A stretch of DNA of 64,000 nt from Dicyema japonicum (Eukaryota > Animalia > Dicyemida). The notes under the pieces are model-generated. The model saw nothing but the letters and a program-made list of their open reading frames with translations. It had not been told where the DNA came from and ran no database searches. Both the position numbers and the translations under genes were made by a program. The stretch spans positions 2,148,997-2,212,996 of the forward strand of contig RDEW01000002.1 of assembly GCA_011109175.1 (NCBI GenBank), written 5' to 3'. Of the stretch, positions 12,300 to 24,358 are shown piece after piece (positions within the stretch are counted from its first letter, which is position 1; the number at the start of each line of letters is the position of its first letter).

Positions 12300-14100
12300 G
12301 ATATGTTAAATCTGAGGGACAGTTGTAATAACATGGGTCCTACCTCGAAGGGCCTGGACTCCTCACTGAAGTCTTTCTTCAACGAGTCAGTCGTCAGTAA
12401 GATGGGCACATGAAGGCAGATCACAGCCCTTCAGACGAAAGGCTCACACAGTCACCCTCACTGGTCTCAACATTTTCTTCTGATCCTCATTTAATTTTGC
12501 CTCGGACCTCATCTGGAAAGAAAACTATCTCCTCACAAAAACTAAAGGTCGTCCATTTTCAGATCGCGCCACGGTTGAACATAGTGGATTCCCTTCTTGA
12601 TAGAACCGGAAGAATCTGTGGCCATTCCTTAGTATTTACGACTCCGACAGTGGAGTGACAAGAATAGATCTGTTCGGAATCCGTAAAGTGCGTCTTCTCG
12701 TATAAGGAGTTGATTTTGTCTAACGACAGTGTATACTTCCATGAAGCACAGGCATATTCTATAGCGGGGATAATGGTTTGACTGTATAATTTGGGCATCC
12801 AATCTTCTACTGGGAACGGTCTCTTCACAACAATTGCCTTGAGGACATACAACTTCTGGAGTCCTTAGGCCAAGGATTTTGGGTTCTTTGAAGCGGCAAT
12901 AGGCATATATACAAGGAACCTCGGGAACATCTTGTAGAGGAGACCGAAATGATTAGAATGAAGGTAGTTTTTGATGATGACACAGATAGTTTATTCTATG
13001 GGAGACAAATCACAATACTATCCCGTTATGCTTGGATAACTGCGACCGCCATATAGAAGGAACTATGATGACATCATCTGCATAGGACAGGAGTAATGTG
13101 TTAGGTTCGTAAATCTGTGGGACACCGTGAGGGAACAGATTGACTAGTCCTGGGAAAGAGGAGAGTCACTGTAGAGTCTGTCTTTAAATCGCCAGTGTTG
13201 TCGCCTTATAGCGGAGTAAGGCACATTCTTAGTCTAAAATTCCCTTAAATCTGAAATAGCCTGGTATTTTCGGTAGATATGTTCAGTCCACCTCATTCTG
13301 AACCAAGCATCAAATATTCCAAAAGCTCTGGAAAGATCTCCAGGGACATCTTTTTTCAACACAATCCCTTCAGAGAGGTAAAATCCTTGCTTTAATCTCA
13401 CTCACAATTCAGTGTACTCGTCCATCGAAGCTATTCACTTGGGCCTTATGCCAGACAGAGCATCACCTTAGCACACTCCATATCTGAAGAACCACTGTTG
13501 AGGAAACCTTAGATTTCTGATATTTTGTACAGTCTCTTAGATCTTGCAGTCCGGCGCATAAAAACTTCTTTGCAGAAATATGTCCAAGGTTCTTGCGACT
13601 ATAGCATCTGACAGAGGCATTATCAACCATTCGCAATAAATACTGTTCCGTCCAATTCGAGTCCCAAGCGTACGAAAGACGAGCTTCCTCCTTCGAGCTG
13701 ACGACTAGACTTGCGACATGGAGCTTTCTGCCTTCTCCACGAAGCGATCGATGCTCTCAATGATAGAAAAGAATGTCTTAATATAGTGATACGGTTTATC
13801 ATCTTTGATCCGGAAGGGATAACTACCAAAAGATTGTGGTCTGCTTGCGCATAGAAAATAGAAAAAAAACTAATCGAGTAGATTATTATTTGCCTGAAAA
13901 GTTGACGGGAGATAGTAACGAGGCATCCAAAGTTGCCTCCAACAGTTTTAAGAAGTTTTTAGGGTCGTCATTCTCTTCATCGCTGATGTCATTCAGTTTC
14001 TCGACATATTTAGCGAAAGTCTCTGGTCGAACATGAGTCCCAGGATGTTGGTGGGTAATATTTACTGAGATAATTAAAGATTCTCAGTTTGATGTTGTAG
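12300..14100 (-). mobile_element. Decayed non-LTR retrotransposon (RT region)
   Basis: TAT GCA GAT GAT (YADD) near 13073-13084; thumb motif IIPAIEYACASW in ORF 12559-12852; many stops and frameshifts; no micro-introns. Confidence 0.75.
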
Positions 14101-14164
14101 TCCAATTTCAAGTACACTACATCACCACGAATATTGATATTTATTTTTTTATTTATTTAAAAAC

Positions 14165-14430
14165 CAAGAATCACCGACAAAACAAAGGAAGGTAGAGGCC
14201 GTCAAGTGATTCCGGCCCCCTTGAGCAGCCGCCTCATTTTTCCTCGGTGTTCCTCCAGAGTGCCGACACACTTCCTGCATGGACGAATCACTTTTCGGAA
14301 GTTTAGAGGTTTTGGCTGAGCTCCCGTTCTCCTCACGAGTTCCTCGAACGAGGTTAGTTTTAATGACGAGGATCTTTGTAGGGTTTTCGTTACTGTCTCT
14401 TGATGTTAGTACCCCATGCCGCGGAGCAGT
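14165..14430 (-). mobile_element. 3'-terminal fragment of a LINE related to the 44520-45572 element
   Basis: Frame ends LEEHRGKMRRLLKGAGIT* versus LAEHQRFREMLEAGIT* at about 45520-45572; followed by an AAATAAATAAAAAA tail. Confidence 0.5.
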
Positions 14431-14515
14431 AACTTAATAAATAAAAAATATTAAATATAAATTTTTAAATAAGTTAAAAATTTGTTTTAAAATGCTGAGA
14501 CCAGTCTCCTACACC

Positions 14516-16584
14516 TCACGACTACAAATATATAACGACAACCACATTATTCATCAACTTATCAGAGGATTGTCTGAAAAAACTCCCGGGATCTATTGTA
14601 TAATACAACCACACCCACATGTCATAGACGTCCTTGATCCCGAAAATGTGAAAATTCTGACAGAGTTATCAGTCTGGTAACTCAAAAAGCGACGTCTAAG
14701 TAACAGCCACCCCAAATACTCAGGAAAACTCATCAGCAATCCAAGCGGCATGGTCAACCAGTCGAAGGGATCTAACTTGGGTCTGCATAGCGGGAGGAAC
14801 AAATTCGTCAAAATCAAGCATTCTAAACTACCAATCAGATACAACTGTTGGGTCAGTAAGAGGGGAGAAAAGCACTGAACCTCTCCGTCCTCAGGGAGAG
14901 CAGTCCTCCCGTCTGAGATATTAGCCAATAACAACACTGCACAGATTTTGGTTGAGAGGTCAGTCGGTTTCAATAAGGGACATAGTCATGACCCNNNNNN
15001 NNNNNNNNNNNNNNNNNNNNNNNNNNNNNNNNNNNNNNNNNNNNNNNNNNNNNNNNNNNNNNNNNNNNNNNNNNNNNNNNNNNNNNNNNNNNNNNNNNNN
15101 NNNNNNNNNNNNNNNNNNNNNNNNNNNNNNNNNNNNNNNNNNNNNNNNNNNNNNNNNNNNNNNNNNNNNNNNNNNNNNNNNNNNNNNNNNNNNNNNNNNN
15201 NNNNNNNNNNNNNNNNNNNNNNNNNNNNNNNNNNNNNNNNNNNNNNNNNNNNNNNNNNNNNNNNNNNNNNNNNNNNNNNNNNNNNNNNNNNNNNNNNNNN
15301 NNNNNNNNNNNNNNNNNNNNNNNNNNNNNNNNNNNNNNNNNNNNNNNNNNNNNNNNNNNNNNNNNNNNNNNNNNNNNNNNNNNNNNNNNNNNNNNNNNNN
15401 NNNNNNNNNNNNNNNNNNNNNNNNNNNNNNNNNNNNNNNNNNNNNNNNNNNNNNNNNNNNNNNNNNNNNNNNNNNNNNNNNNNNNNNNNNNNNNNNNNNN
15501 NNNNNNNNNNNNNNNNNNNNNNNNNNNNNNNNNNNNNNNNNNNNNNNNNNNNNNNNNNNNNNNNNNNNNNNNNNNNNNNNNNNNNNNNNNNNNNNNNNNN
15601 NNNNNNNNNNNNNNNNNNNNNNNNNNNNNNNNNNNNNNNNNNNNNNNNNNNNNNNNNNNNNNNNNNNNNNNNNNNNNNNAGGTAATCCAGCCTTTGATGA
15701 CCTAAAAATTTCTACAGATGTCACCCTGTCCTGTATGGAGGGCTGCATGAAAGAAGATGAGCGTGGAGGCCCAGGAGTCCACCATAGAAGACGTGCTTGG
15801 ACTCAGACTGAGATAAGAGATTAAGGAAACCCCTGCTTGCAGACCTTTTTAAAGATGCCAAGCAGATTGTGAAGTCCTGGCTGAAAAGGATTGGGGACCG
15901 CGACACTCCGAATATAGTAGAAGACAGCCCCCAATTTATTCCCATCCATAGTCTCAAGAATGGCCAGTTGGTTGTACGGATGTCCATTCTGTGGTTCAAC
16001 GTCCACGGCTAATTGGTAATATTGGCGGGCGGTTGTGTCTCCATGGTAACGGGCTAAATATGACCTTTGTTGGAAAACCGATGTCTCCTACGTGTATCAA
16101 ACAGTACTGGCAAAGGAAGAGTTCGTAATCACTGCTTGAGTCCTTCCTGCGTCCAAGTGGGTAGTGGAGATGGGGGAAGATGTTGTTTGGGGGTAGGTTA
16201 AGGAGGAAACTGTGACAGAGCTCCTCCAGTAACTAATCGTGGTTGATTATGAAGACCTGGACATAAAATCTGTCCACAGCAACGAGGGACTGAAGGAAGA
16301 TGGGGGGATTCTGGGGTCAAATGAAATATTACGTGTTGTTTGATACTCATTAGTCTGTCCTTGATAGCATTGTTCCACCTTTGTATTAGAATGGGAATAC
16401 AGTTCTTGTTCGAGTTTTAACTCCAAGGATATCATGGGGTACTGAGTAATGGCGAATCTGTAGGCGTTTATTAAATCCCAGTTGATGGTGGATGAGTCTA
16501 TGGTTAATGACAGGGTGACCTTTGCCCTTGTTGAGCTCAATCAGCCTTAAATTCATAAATAACTTACTTGACGACTTCATCCAT
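14516..16584 (-). CDS. SMG7: EST1/14-3-3-like TPR domain NMD factor, SMG7-like, short and with no PIN domain seen; middle lies in the assembly gap
   Basis: ISLELKLEQELYSHS resembles SMG7 ALDKKVEQDLWNH; PQNGHPYNQLAILETMDGNKLGAVFYYIRSVAVPNPF is the EST1 motif; ALPEDGEVQCFSPL follows the gap; predicted ATG 16584, stop 14516-14518. SMG5/SMG6 identity is not excluded. Confidence 0.7.
14995..15679. other. Assembly gap (685 N)
   Basis: Run of n characters. Confidence 1.
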
Positions 16585-17469
16585 GGGTGGAGTTTGAGTT
16601 TATTTTTATTTAAAATTATTATTATTTATTTGTGAATCTCTGTCTTACAATTAAAGAAAATAAATATTTATTTTAAAATTAAATATTCAATTGATGGCAT
16701 TCATGGCTAATTGTACCTATTGGAGGTTTCTTTATTGCGGATTAGTGCGGCTTCATGTGGTCCAAGGGACTCTTGGATCTCCCCGATCACTTATTTGGGA
16801 GCTCCTCAATTGCGCCTACTTTACGTTTATGTGGATAAATGTTGGTAGACTTCCATCAATGATGAGATTTTGCAGAGGTCGTCTATGTTGTGTGTCTTCT
16901 AGCTTCAGTGGTAGTATAGGTCAAGAATTTTAGTATTTATAAATAATTTATCACGTGCTTTTCTAATAAATTCTACTTTTTTTAGTGTGCTTTTCTAAAA
17001 AAATTATTTATGATATATTTTCTAATTGTATTTAATATTTTATAGATGTGTCATAAAAAAACAAGACAACGTATATATTCGGATGAATACTTAAAATTCG
17101 GAGTAATACCCTACGAGCATAACAAATGACTTCCTGTGTGTCTTATGTGTAAGAAGGTCTTTACAAATGAAGGAATGAAGCCCACAAGAATGTCAAATCA
17201 TCTTAAGATTTTTCATCATGAGAAACTTGATGCGGATGTTAACTAGTTTGTAGTTGCCCCTCCAACATTGTCGGGAGAGTGGTAGACACACTGTAAGCGC
17301 TGGAAAAAACGACGAGGGCAAAGGAGAAGAAATGCGAAGCGCTACGCGACCGATTCGCGCTTTATCCGATTGTGTTCGAGACAACTGGAAGAATAAGTGG
17401 AAAATCGCTTCGCTTCCTAAAAAAACTTGGACGTTTAGCTACACTAAAAAGTTACGACGCACGTGAGAC

Positions 17470-19870
17470 CCGGTGGCTTCTCCAGTTGATCTCTGTTGCA
17501 ATCGTGAGAGGCAACGCAACGTCGATAATGTCGGCGGGGTTCACTTTGGATGGATGGCAGTGTTAAATAAAAGAATAAATTCATGTTGGTTAAAAAATAG
17601 TGGGTCGTATGTTACGCCCACTATCTTGACCGAGTTGGTCGTGGGGGTTGAGTTTCCATTTACACATGGAGCGGAGTTTGTCAATCTTCTGTTTGTTGTG
17701 AAAATTGTTGTATAAGACTTTTCGGGACTTGTATGTAGAATGTTCTTAACGAGCCAGCAGTTCAGATCGTCCAATGAAGCTTGTAGCCGGAATACAGCAG
17801 TATTGACGCACTGGTCTTTGACTGCGACGATTACATCATCCGCATATGTCAGATCCACAGATCGTCACTGGTAAGGGAGGGCATATCACTTAAGAATAGG
17901 TTACAGGTGTGGTGACAGACCCTTGAGGGACCCCATTTAGAAGGAACCTGGTCACTGACCTAGTTTTTCCAGCAGTTACTCTTCCGCTTCTTCCATCTAG
18001 GAAATTAGCAATCCAGATTTTCAGGTTGTTTGAAATTTTTGACGTAAAGATCTTCCTATCAAAAGCTTTCTTGGACAGTGTCGAAAGCTTTTTCTATATC
18101 GATGAGCATATCAATGACTTCTGATGAGGTTTGCGTTTTAGGCCATCCTTGATGAAACTTGTAAGGCATGTAAGATGCGTTTCTGTGGAGAGCCCTTTTC
18201 TGAATCCGTGTTGAAAAAGTGCATCAGGAAAGTATGGTTTGATTAGTCCAAGAATCAGCTTTTCCAAAATTTTTATGTAACACATAGGAGAGATGTTGGT
18301 CTGTATGAGGCTGGTGATCCCTTTGGTTGCACGGGTTTCAGAATTGGCGTATGTGTGATAGCTTCCATATAAGGAATACAATTTTCGTTGATTGAAAAGT
18401 TGAAAATTTTGTGAGGGCCATGATAGCATAGGGGCCTATGTTTTTCAGAACTATTGCAGGGATTCCGTCCGGGCAGAAGGAATATGTCGACTTTTGACCC
18501 TTACCATTTCTGCACTTTCTCCACAGAGAGGACAATCGGGGAGGTACAAGGGCTAGGATGGATGGACCTTCGAGTTTTTTGTGTGGGACGAAACTCGTGG
18601 AAGTAGTACTTCATAAGTTTGTTTAGCAAGATCTTGTTTTCCATTTCTTCACGTGCGGGGGGGTTGTCAGCGTTAATAAAGCTTCAAGTGTTTTCCACAA
18701 TTTTGTAAGGGAGTTCTGCTTGTTTAGATTGGACAGGAGGTTTTTCCAAACTTTCTCTTGTTTCTTCTTTGCATTGTTCCTGATCTCTCTTTCTAATGTA
18801 CGAATTCTCAATCTTGTTTCCCAGGATTGTTTTTGGAGGCTTTTTAGGTAATTTTTTTTTATGAGTGGATCGGCTCTGGGAAAAGACGTTTCTCTTGAGG
18901 TCAGTGGCCTTCTTTTAATACAAATTTTCACTCCCTCGCGTACCACTCTATTAAAATAGTGTAGTGCTTTATCGATGGAGTTGAAATTGGATAAATGAAA
19001 GTCAAGTAGATAATAGTCGGCAAAATTGGAGAACTTTTCCAGTCGACATTTTTGTAGTCGGTAAATAAAACAGGTTTCTTTACAATTGACACTCTTCCTT
19101 CAAGCGTAATCATCACTGTCCATTTTGTTAATGTTGCGATGTTTGGCGAGGCAAAAGTGAGATCGGGGGACGATGTCTTGTCATTCCTCTGTAAAGAGTC
19201 CTTGTATTGAAAATAGGGTTGTTTAATATTACCAGGTCATCCAGATTTGATAACAATTGGTTTCCTCTGACATCGCATAATTGGTTCTTGAGCCATGTCG
19301 ATGCTTTGCGTTTAGATCTCCACAAAGTAACATATTTTTTGATTTGTCGACGTCTGACGGGGAGAAACTGAATTCCTTGGGGCATGAGTTAGGCGGTGGT
19401 ACATACACATTCAATATGTTTATGTTTCCGATGCTTGTCTTGACTGAAATACCAATATATTCGACGGGAGACATGAGGTTGACAAAAGTTTCGTTTTGAT
19501 AAGAGCAAGCAGTACACCACCCCGCCCAGCTGGGCGGTCACGCCTGATGACCTGATAGTTTGGGAAGACGGGAGTGGAAGAAGACGGAGTTAGTCTTGTT
19601 TCTTGGAGTAGGCAAATGTTGGTATTATTCTTTTTAAGAATTTCTGAGTTCGAGGATTTTCCCTTTCACTCCATTTATGTTTAGTTGAATCAAAATAAGG
19701 GGTTTTGGAGGTCCAGGATTAGGTTTTACATCGCCGGAAAGCATTAGGTGGGCTTCTATCAAAACAGGAGAGAGAGGCCAGTGGGGCGACCGTCCAAGAA
19801 GGACATTCCTCTTGGTTTGGACGTAGTCTTTTGTCTGGGATATATAGTCCACAGTTTACGTCACCAAAAA
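17470..19870 (-). mobile_element. Decayed, apparently single-ORF non-LTR retrotransposon (2A-like peptide, APE endonuclease, RT); Ingi/Jockey/I-like
   Basis: LMLSGDVKPNPGP then LIQLNINGV; CLLQETRL; ILNVYVPP; LLCGDLNAKH; CPDGIPAIVLK; KILEKLI; QHGFRKGLSTETHL; DIEKAFD; GVPQGS; LTYADDVIV; KIVGVTYD; broken by frameshifts. Confidence 0.92.
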
Positions 19871-19994
19871 CGGCGAACCACATTAGACTGTAAAATAATG
19901 ATTCCTTATATTTATGGTTATTTTTCTGATATAACATCAATAATAAATAGTGAAATTATAATTAAACTCTTAAAAATTAAATATTTATTTAACA

Positions 19995-21543
19995 ATGCTT
20001 GCCGTTGCTGTGTCCCACCGAGCGCACACCTTACAGCGATATGCACACATTTGCCACAAATTTGGGTATTATTTTGGATGTATTCCAGTCTTCTCTCTCT
20101 ACTAACACTTTCAGACGGACCCCCTTGTTTTTATTTTCAAGTGTCTAAAAAAATAACAGCTTAGATAAATCATTTCCACCTCATTTGATCGTTCGACTGC
20201 CCGCTCTCTCCCCTACTATGACTCATGGGACTATTCAGAGTTGGGACGTCGATGTTGGTGCCAAAGTGGAAGAAGGGGATCAAATGGCTTTGATGGAGAC
20301 CGACAAGGCGACCATGGCATTGGAGTCTCCTGAATCTGGATTTGTTGCCAAAATTCTTGTGCCTGCAGGGAGAAAGGACGTCCCCGTCAAAGAAGTACCC
20401 TCCCCCTTTTCACATTAACAGCCTATATGTGTCCTCGTTGACGACGAGGCCGACATACCTGCTTTTGATGGGTTCTCCGCCCCCGATCAGCCTGTTGCTG
20501 TCGCAAAAGAGGAACCCAAAGTTGATCCCGTCGTAATAAACGAGTCCCCTGTCCAAACTGAGTCCTCGGGTGAAAAAGTGTTGGCCTCACCATTGGCTAA
20601 ACGCCTCGCTAAGGAAAGTGGAATTGATCTTCGAGTTTGAATTGTTTTTACTCCAGAATATCACTTCTGAGAAAAATGACGGAATAATTCGTAGAGATGA
20701 TGTCCTCAGGATGCAACAGTCTCAGTCTACTCCTCCTTCCGTCAGCCCGTCGGTCTCCCCTGATTACGTGGACATTCCCCTTACCAAGATCAGAGAGATC
20801 ATTAGTTCTCGTTTACTGCACTCCAAGCAAACCATCCCCCACTACTACCTCACAATAGACGTTCAAATGGGAGAATCTCTTAGGTTTTCCGTGATTCAAT
20901 AACCAACAGTCTCCGTAAACGCCTGAACGAGTCGTCTCCTTCCAAACTGTCGATAAATGATCTGATCATTAAGGCCTCTGCTCTGGCCTGTATGAAATAT
21001 CCTGAATTAAATTCCGCGTTCCTCGGAGGTTTTATCCGCCAGTATAATAACGTGGACGTTTGTGTGGCTGTCGATGCCCCGGACGGACTGGTTACTCCTA
21101 TTGTCTGGGGGGCTGAGAAATTGGTATTGATGGTTGATCAGTTTTCAGGGATTGGCCTCAATAAGCCAGACTGTGAGGACATTGGCAGAGAAGGCTAGAG
21201 AGCGTAGACTAACACCGGAGGAGTACCAGGTTAGTGATAGTTGTGAGCCTAGGGAGGGACTTTTACTATTTCTAATTTGGGGATGTTCGGGATCGATCAG
21301 TTCTGTGCTATAATAAATCCCCCACAATCTTCTATTTTAGCAGTTGGAGCTATTCGTAAGACTGTATTGGGAGATGAGTCGACTGAGAAGGGTGGGGGAT
21401 GCCTTAATAATAGATTTTCATTGAAGGATGTGATGAGTGTGACTCTTAGTTGTGACCACAGAGTGGTTGACGGGGCTGTGGGTGCGAGATGGCTTACTCA
21501 TTTTAAAAAGCTGGTGGAACACCCAGAATTGATGCTACTTTAA
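19995..21543 (+). CDS. DLAT: Pyruvate dehydrogenase E2 (dihydrolipoamide acetyltransferase), single lipoyl domain
   Basis: [16 protein letters not shown]...METDKAT lipoyl motif; [17 protein letters not shown]3-binding domain; [53 protein letters not shown] catalytic domain; introns of 22-27 nt. Confidence 0.95.
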
Positions 21544-22366
21544 TGACTAATGTGGTGCCTACTAATAATATAATTCTTTATTGAGCTGTTAAGTTGTGAT
21601 TTCTTTCAAGTGGAAGTGTCTTTAAGGCAAGATTGCTTATTATATACGATTTATGTTGGCATTGTAGCCTAATAGACAGAAATCACTCTTTTGGAGGAGT
21701 TGGCGTATCTTTGTCCTCTTTGTGTGTCTCACGCTAATTACCAATAGATATTTTTTAGGTTACAAATGGCCCTAGTTGATGCAGAGTCATGGAGGATGCT
21801 CGTCGTTGTCGACCTTTGAGATGGTGGAAGATTTTTTAGCATCTGCCGTGACTGTAGAAATTTATATCTGTTTTTTCGTTTCGGTTAAATCATCGCCGGG
21901 AGGCACAGGTTTCGACAAGTCATTAAGGAATTGTAGGTGATCTGTCATTGGGAGAACGTAAGATTCCAAATGTAGATTGTCTAAAGGTGTAAGCAGGTTA
22001 CGACCAGTAATCGACAGTAAGGCACGTTTTGATTTTTTAAGTTTTTGTGAATTTAAGTCGGAAAAGTAGCCGGACTAGTTAAGGTTAGCGCAGTTCAGAG
22101 TGGTTCTGATAAATTATTTGCCTGCTCGAAATTTGAATTCAGAAGCAGCACGAAAGCATAAGTTTTCGTATGGCTTATAAATGAAATTGTCCACGTGGGA
22201 AAAAGAGAAGGAGTGATCATTAATGATCCAAACTATTTTTTAGTTTTCGTCTCAGTGAAACTCGTCAGAAGAGCTTCAGGTTAAGAATTAAACTTTCGAC
22301 GATTGGGAGTAGCTCGAGCCTGAAGAAAGCGATGAGATTCAGTGAGGAACACCCAGCGAAGTTGAT

Positions 22367-22660
22367 TTATTTATTAACCTCGGATACACCGAGAAAGAAG
22401 TTAAAGTAAACAACTAATTAAGGGTATCCACAGAAACAGAGTCCATCCGGAATCAGCATAAAGGGTAAGACGTCCATACTTGCAGTGTGGAAACCCCTCC
22501 AGTGGAGTGGGGGAGAGCAAATGATCCTTTATCGTGCCGGCCTGGCACTGGGCGCAACCTAGACAGGTGAATCACATGAAATAAAGGGGAAGAAAAAAAA
22601 CAACAAATTAACCACGCACGCACCACATGGCGCCATGCGGCTAACATCAAAATCGAAGCG
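22367..22660 (-). mobile_element. SINE-like interspersed element, subfamily B, flanked by a 14-bp target-site duplication
   Basis: CCAGCGAAGTTGAT at 22353-22366 and 22661-22674; body nearly identical to 44113-44340; ends GGTTAATAAATAA. Confidence 0.85.
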
Positions 22661-22787
22661 CCAGCGAAGTTGATGAGAGAGGACAGGATTACCTAATGGC
22701 CGGGTTTTTCCTTTTTTCTTAATTTAATGGTGATATTTGGTTTTTGAATAAAAAAATAAAATAACTAATAAATAAATTCAAATATAA

Positions 22788-23338
22788 ATGGGTGATGTGC
22801 ACTACTATGACTGTCTGTGTGGGGAGAAATGTGCAATTCTAGGTTAATCGATTTATACATTTTCAGAAACTGCCTTGGAGTCTCTTCCAGTTCGTTCAAC
22901 CGATGGAAGTAGAGTCATCGACAAAACTAACCAGCAACTAAAATTTATTGAGGGGGAGACCGTCTATATTAGACGAAAAGGGGGAATAGAACGACAGTTC
23001 AGGAAGAATTGCCAAAAATGCAAACTACCCTTATTCTATTCCCACCAAAAGGACTCTGACACGTGGTTTGTGTTGAAGGGGTCTCTCGTTGAGCGTGTTC
23101 AACACGGGAGTTCTACCACAGTGACTGCTGTTAACCAAATAGAGGAGGATATCTTGAATGTTGTATTGTTGTGTCAACTTTAGAGGGAGATTGAGGCATC
23201 CTATGCTGCCAATGCTACTCTTATTAGAAAGTATTTGGATGGAACGAGTTATGCTAAGAAAAAGTCGGTGAAGGTGGGGGATTGCATTATGCTTAGGGGG
23301 ATTACGAACGAAAGTCCAAGGGAACTCTTCTTGATTAA
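22788..23338 (+). CDS. STEEP1: STEEP1/CXorf56 (UPF0428) homolog
   Basis: HYYDCLCGE..ILETALESLPVRSTDGSRVID...GETVYIRRKGGIERQFRKNCQKCKLPLFY...EIEASYAANA...KGTLLD*, matching CXorf56 motifs; three micro-introns. Confidence 0.88.
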
Positions 23339-24358
23339 CTCTTTATATATGCCCACTTTTATGATTTTTGAGTAGAATTACACATTTTTGTTAAATGTCT
23401 TTTGCTGGTAATCACTAGAATTTGTTATATCGGGGTATATGCACCCCCACGTGAACTAAAGGGAGTCTTAATGGGGTAGCGACTAAGTATCCCAGACGAT
23501 TATGACTTGAAAATTAATGAGGTTTTTGAAGACAGCTTAGTTGATTGACTTAAAACAAGAGTCATTGGTTTTGTTAGGTGCCTTGCTATTTGGAGATCTT
23601 CTCTTGTTAGCCTCCCTACCTTTGTTCGATGTATTTCGTGGCACTGGAAGTTGTACTTGGGAATTGACATAATTAATATGTGCCTCCACATCATCTACCG
23701 CCAGTTTATCCACCCAATACTCACCTATACGAACGTATCGTGGTGATCAGTCATTTTTCGTTCTTCCTTCTGGAATTCAGGGAGTCGCCAGTATTGCCAT
23801 TGGCGATAATTCCGATGTTATGCCTCTTGAAGGACTTCTGTTTGAAAGATTGCGAAAATTCATGAGGACACTCAGCTTTCCTAACAGCCATCTTACAAAA
23901 TCCTTCTCAGATATCTTAAAAATCCCCAAATTATGAACTAACTCAATTCCCAATGAGTATGCCAGTACAGAATTCTAATTCTCATCGATATCGGCCTTCC
24001 GTTGCCGGTCTTAGATCTCTTAGTTAGTTGAGGACAGTTTTCTTTATTTTTAGCCAAATGATTCCGTGGTAATTAAATAAACAAATCCTAGCGACAATCT
24101 GACTCGTCCGTGTGTCTTTCCAGCCACCTAGATAACCAGAAGAATAGACTCAACCTCTTCTCGCTTCCTGGTTGTGTCAAATTTCTCCACCAAATAAGAT
24201 CGCTTTGATAGTGAGCATCATCATATGACATTTCTGTTTCTTTCAGTCACCAGTCTCCCTAACTAGAATGGACAGGGGGTAAATAGATTCCCATAAATAA
24301 GAAAAGGCATGATTTGTTATTTATTAGAGGTTATTGAAGAGTTAGTTATTTGTTAGAA

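Noticed and set aside
14144-14448. AT-rich inverted repeats suggesting a MITE
   Set aside because: Low-complexity TTTATTTATT tracts are common at gene ends here; the core is better explained as a LINE 3' end.
14948-15824. Long ORFs of 245-290 aa
   Set aside because: Artefacts of translating through the N gap.
21600-22350. Possible LINE C-terminal relic
   Set aside because: Only vague similarity; no diagnostic motif.
23600-23850. IGEYWVDKLAVDDV, a possible RT relic
   Set aside because: Too degenerate to support a call.
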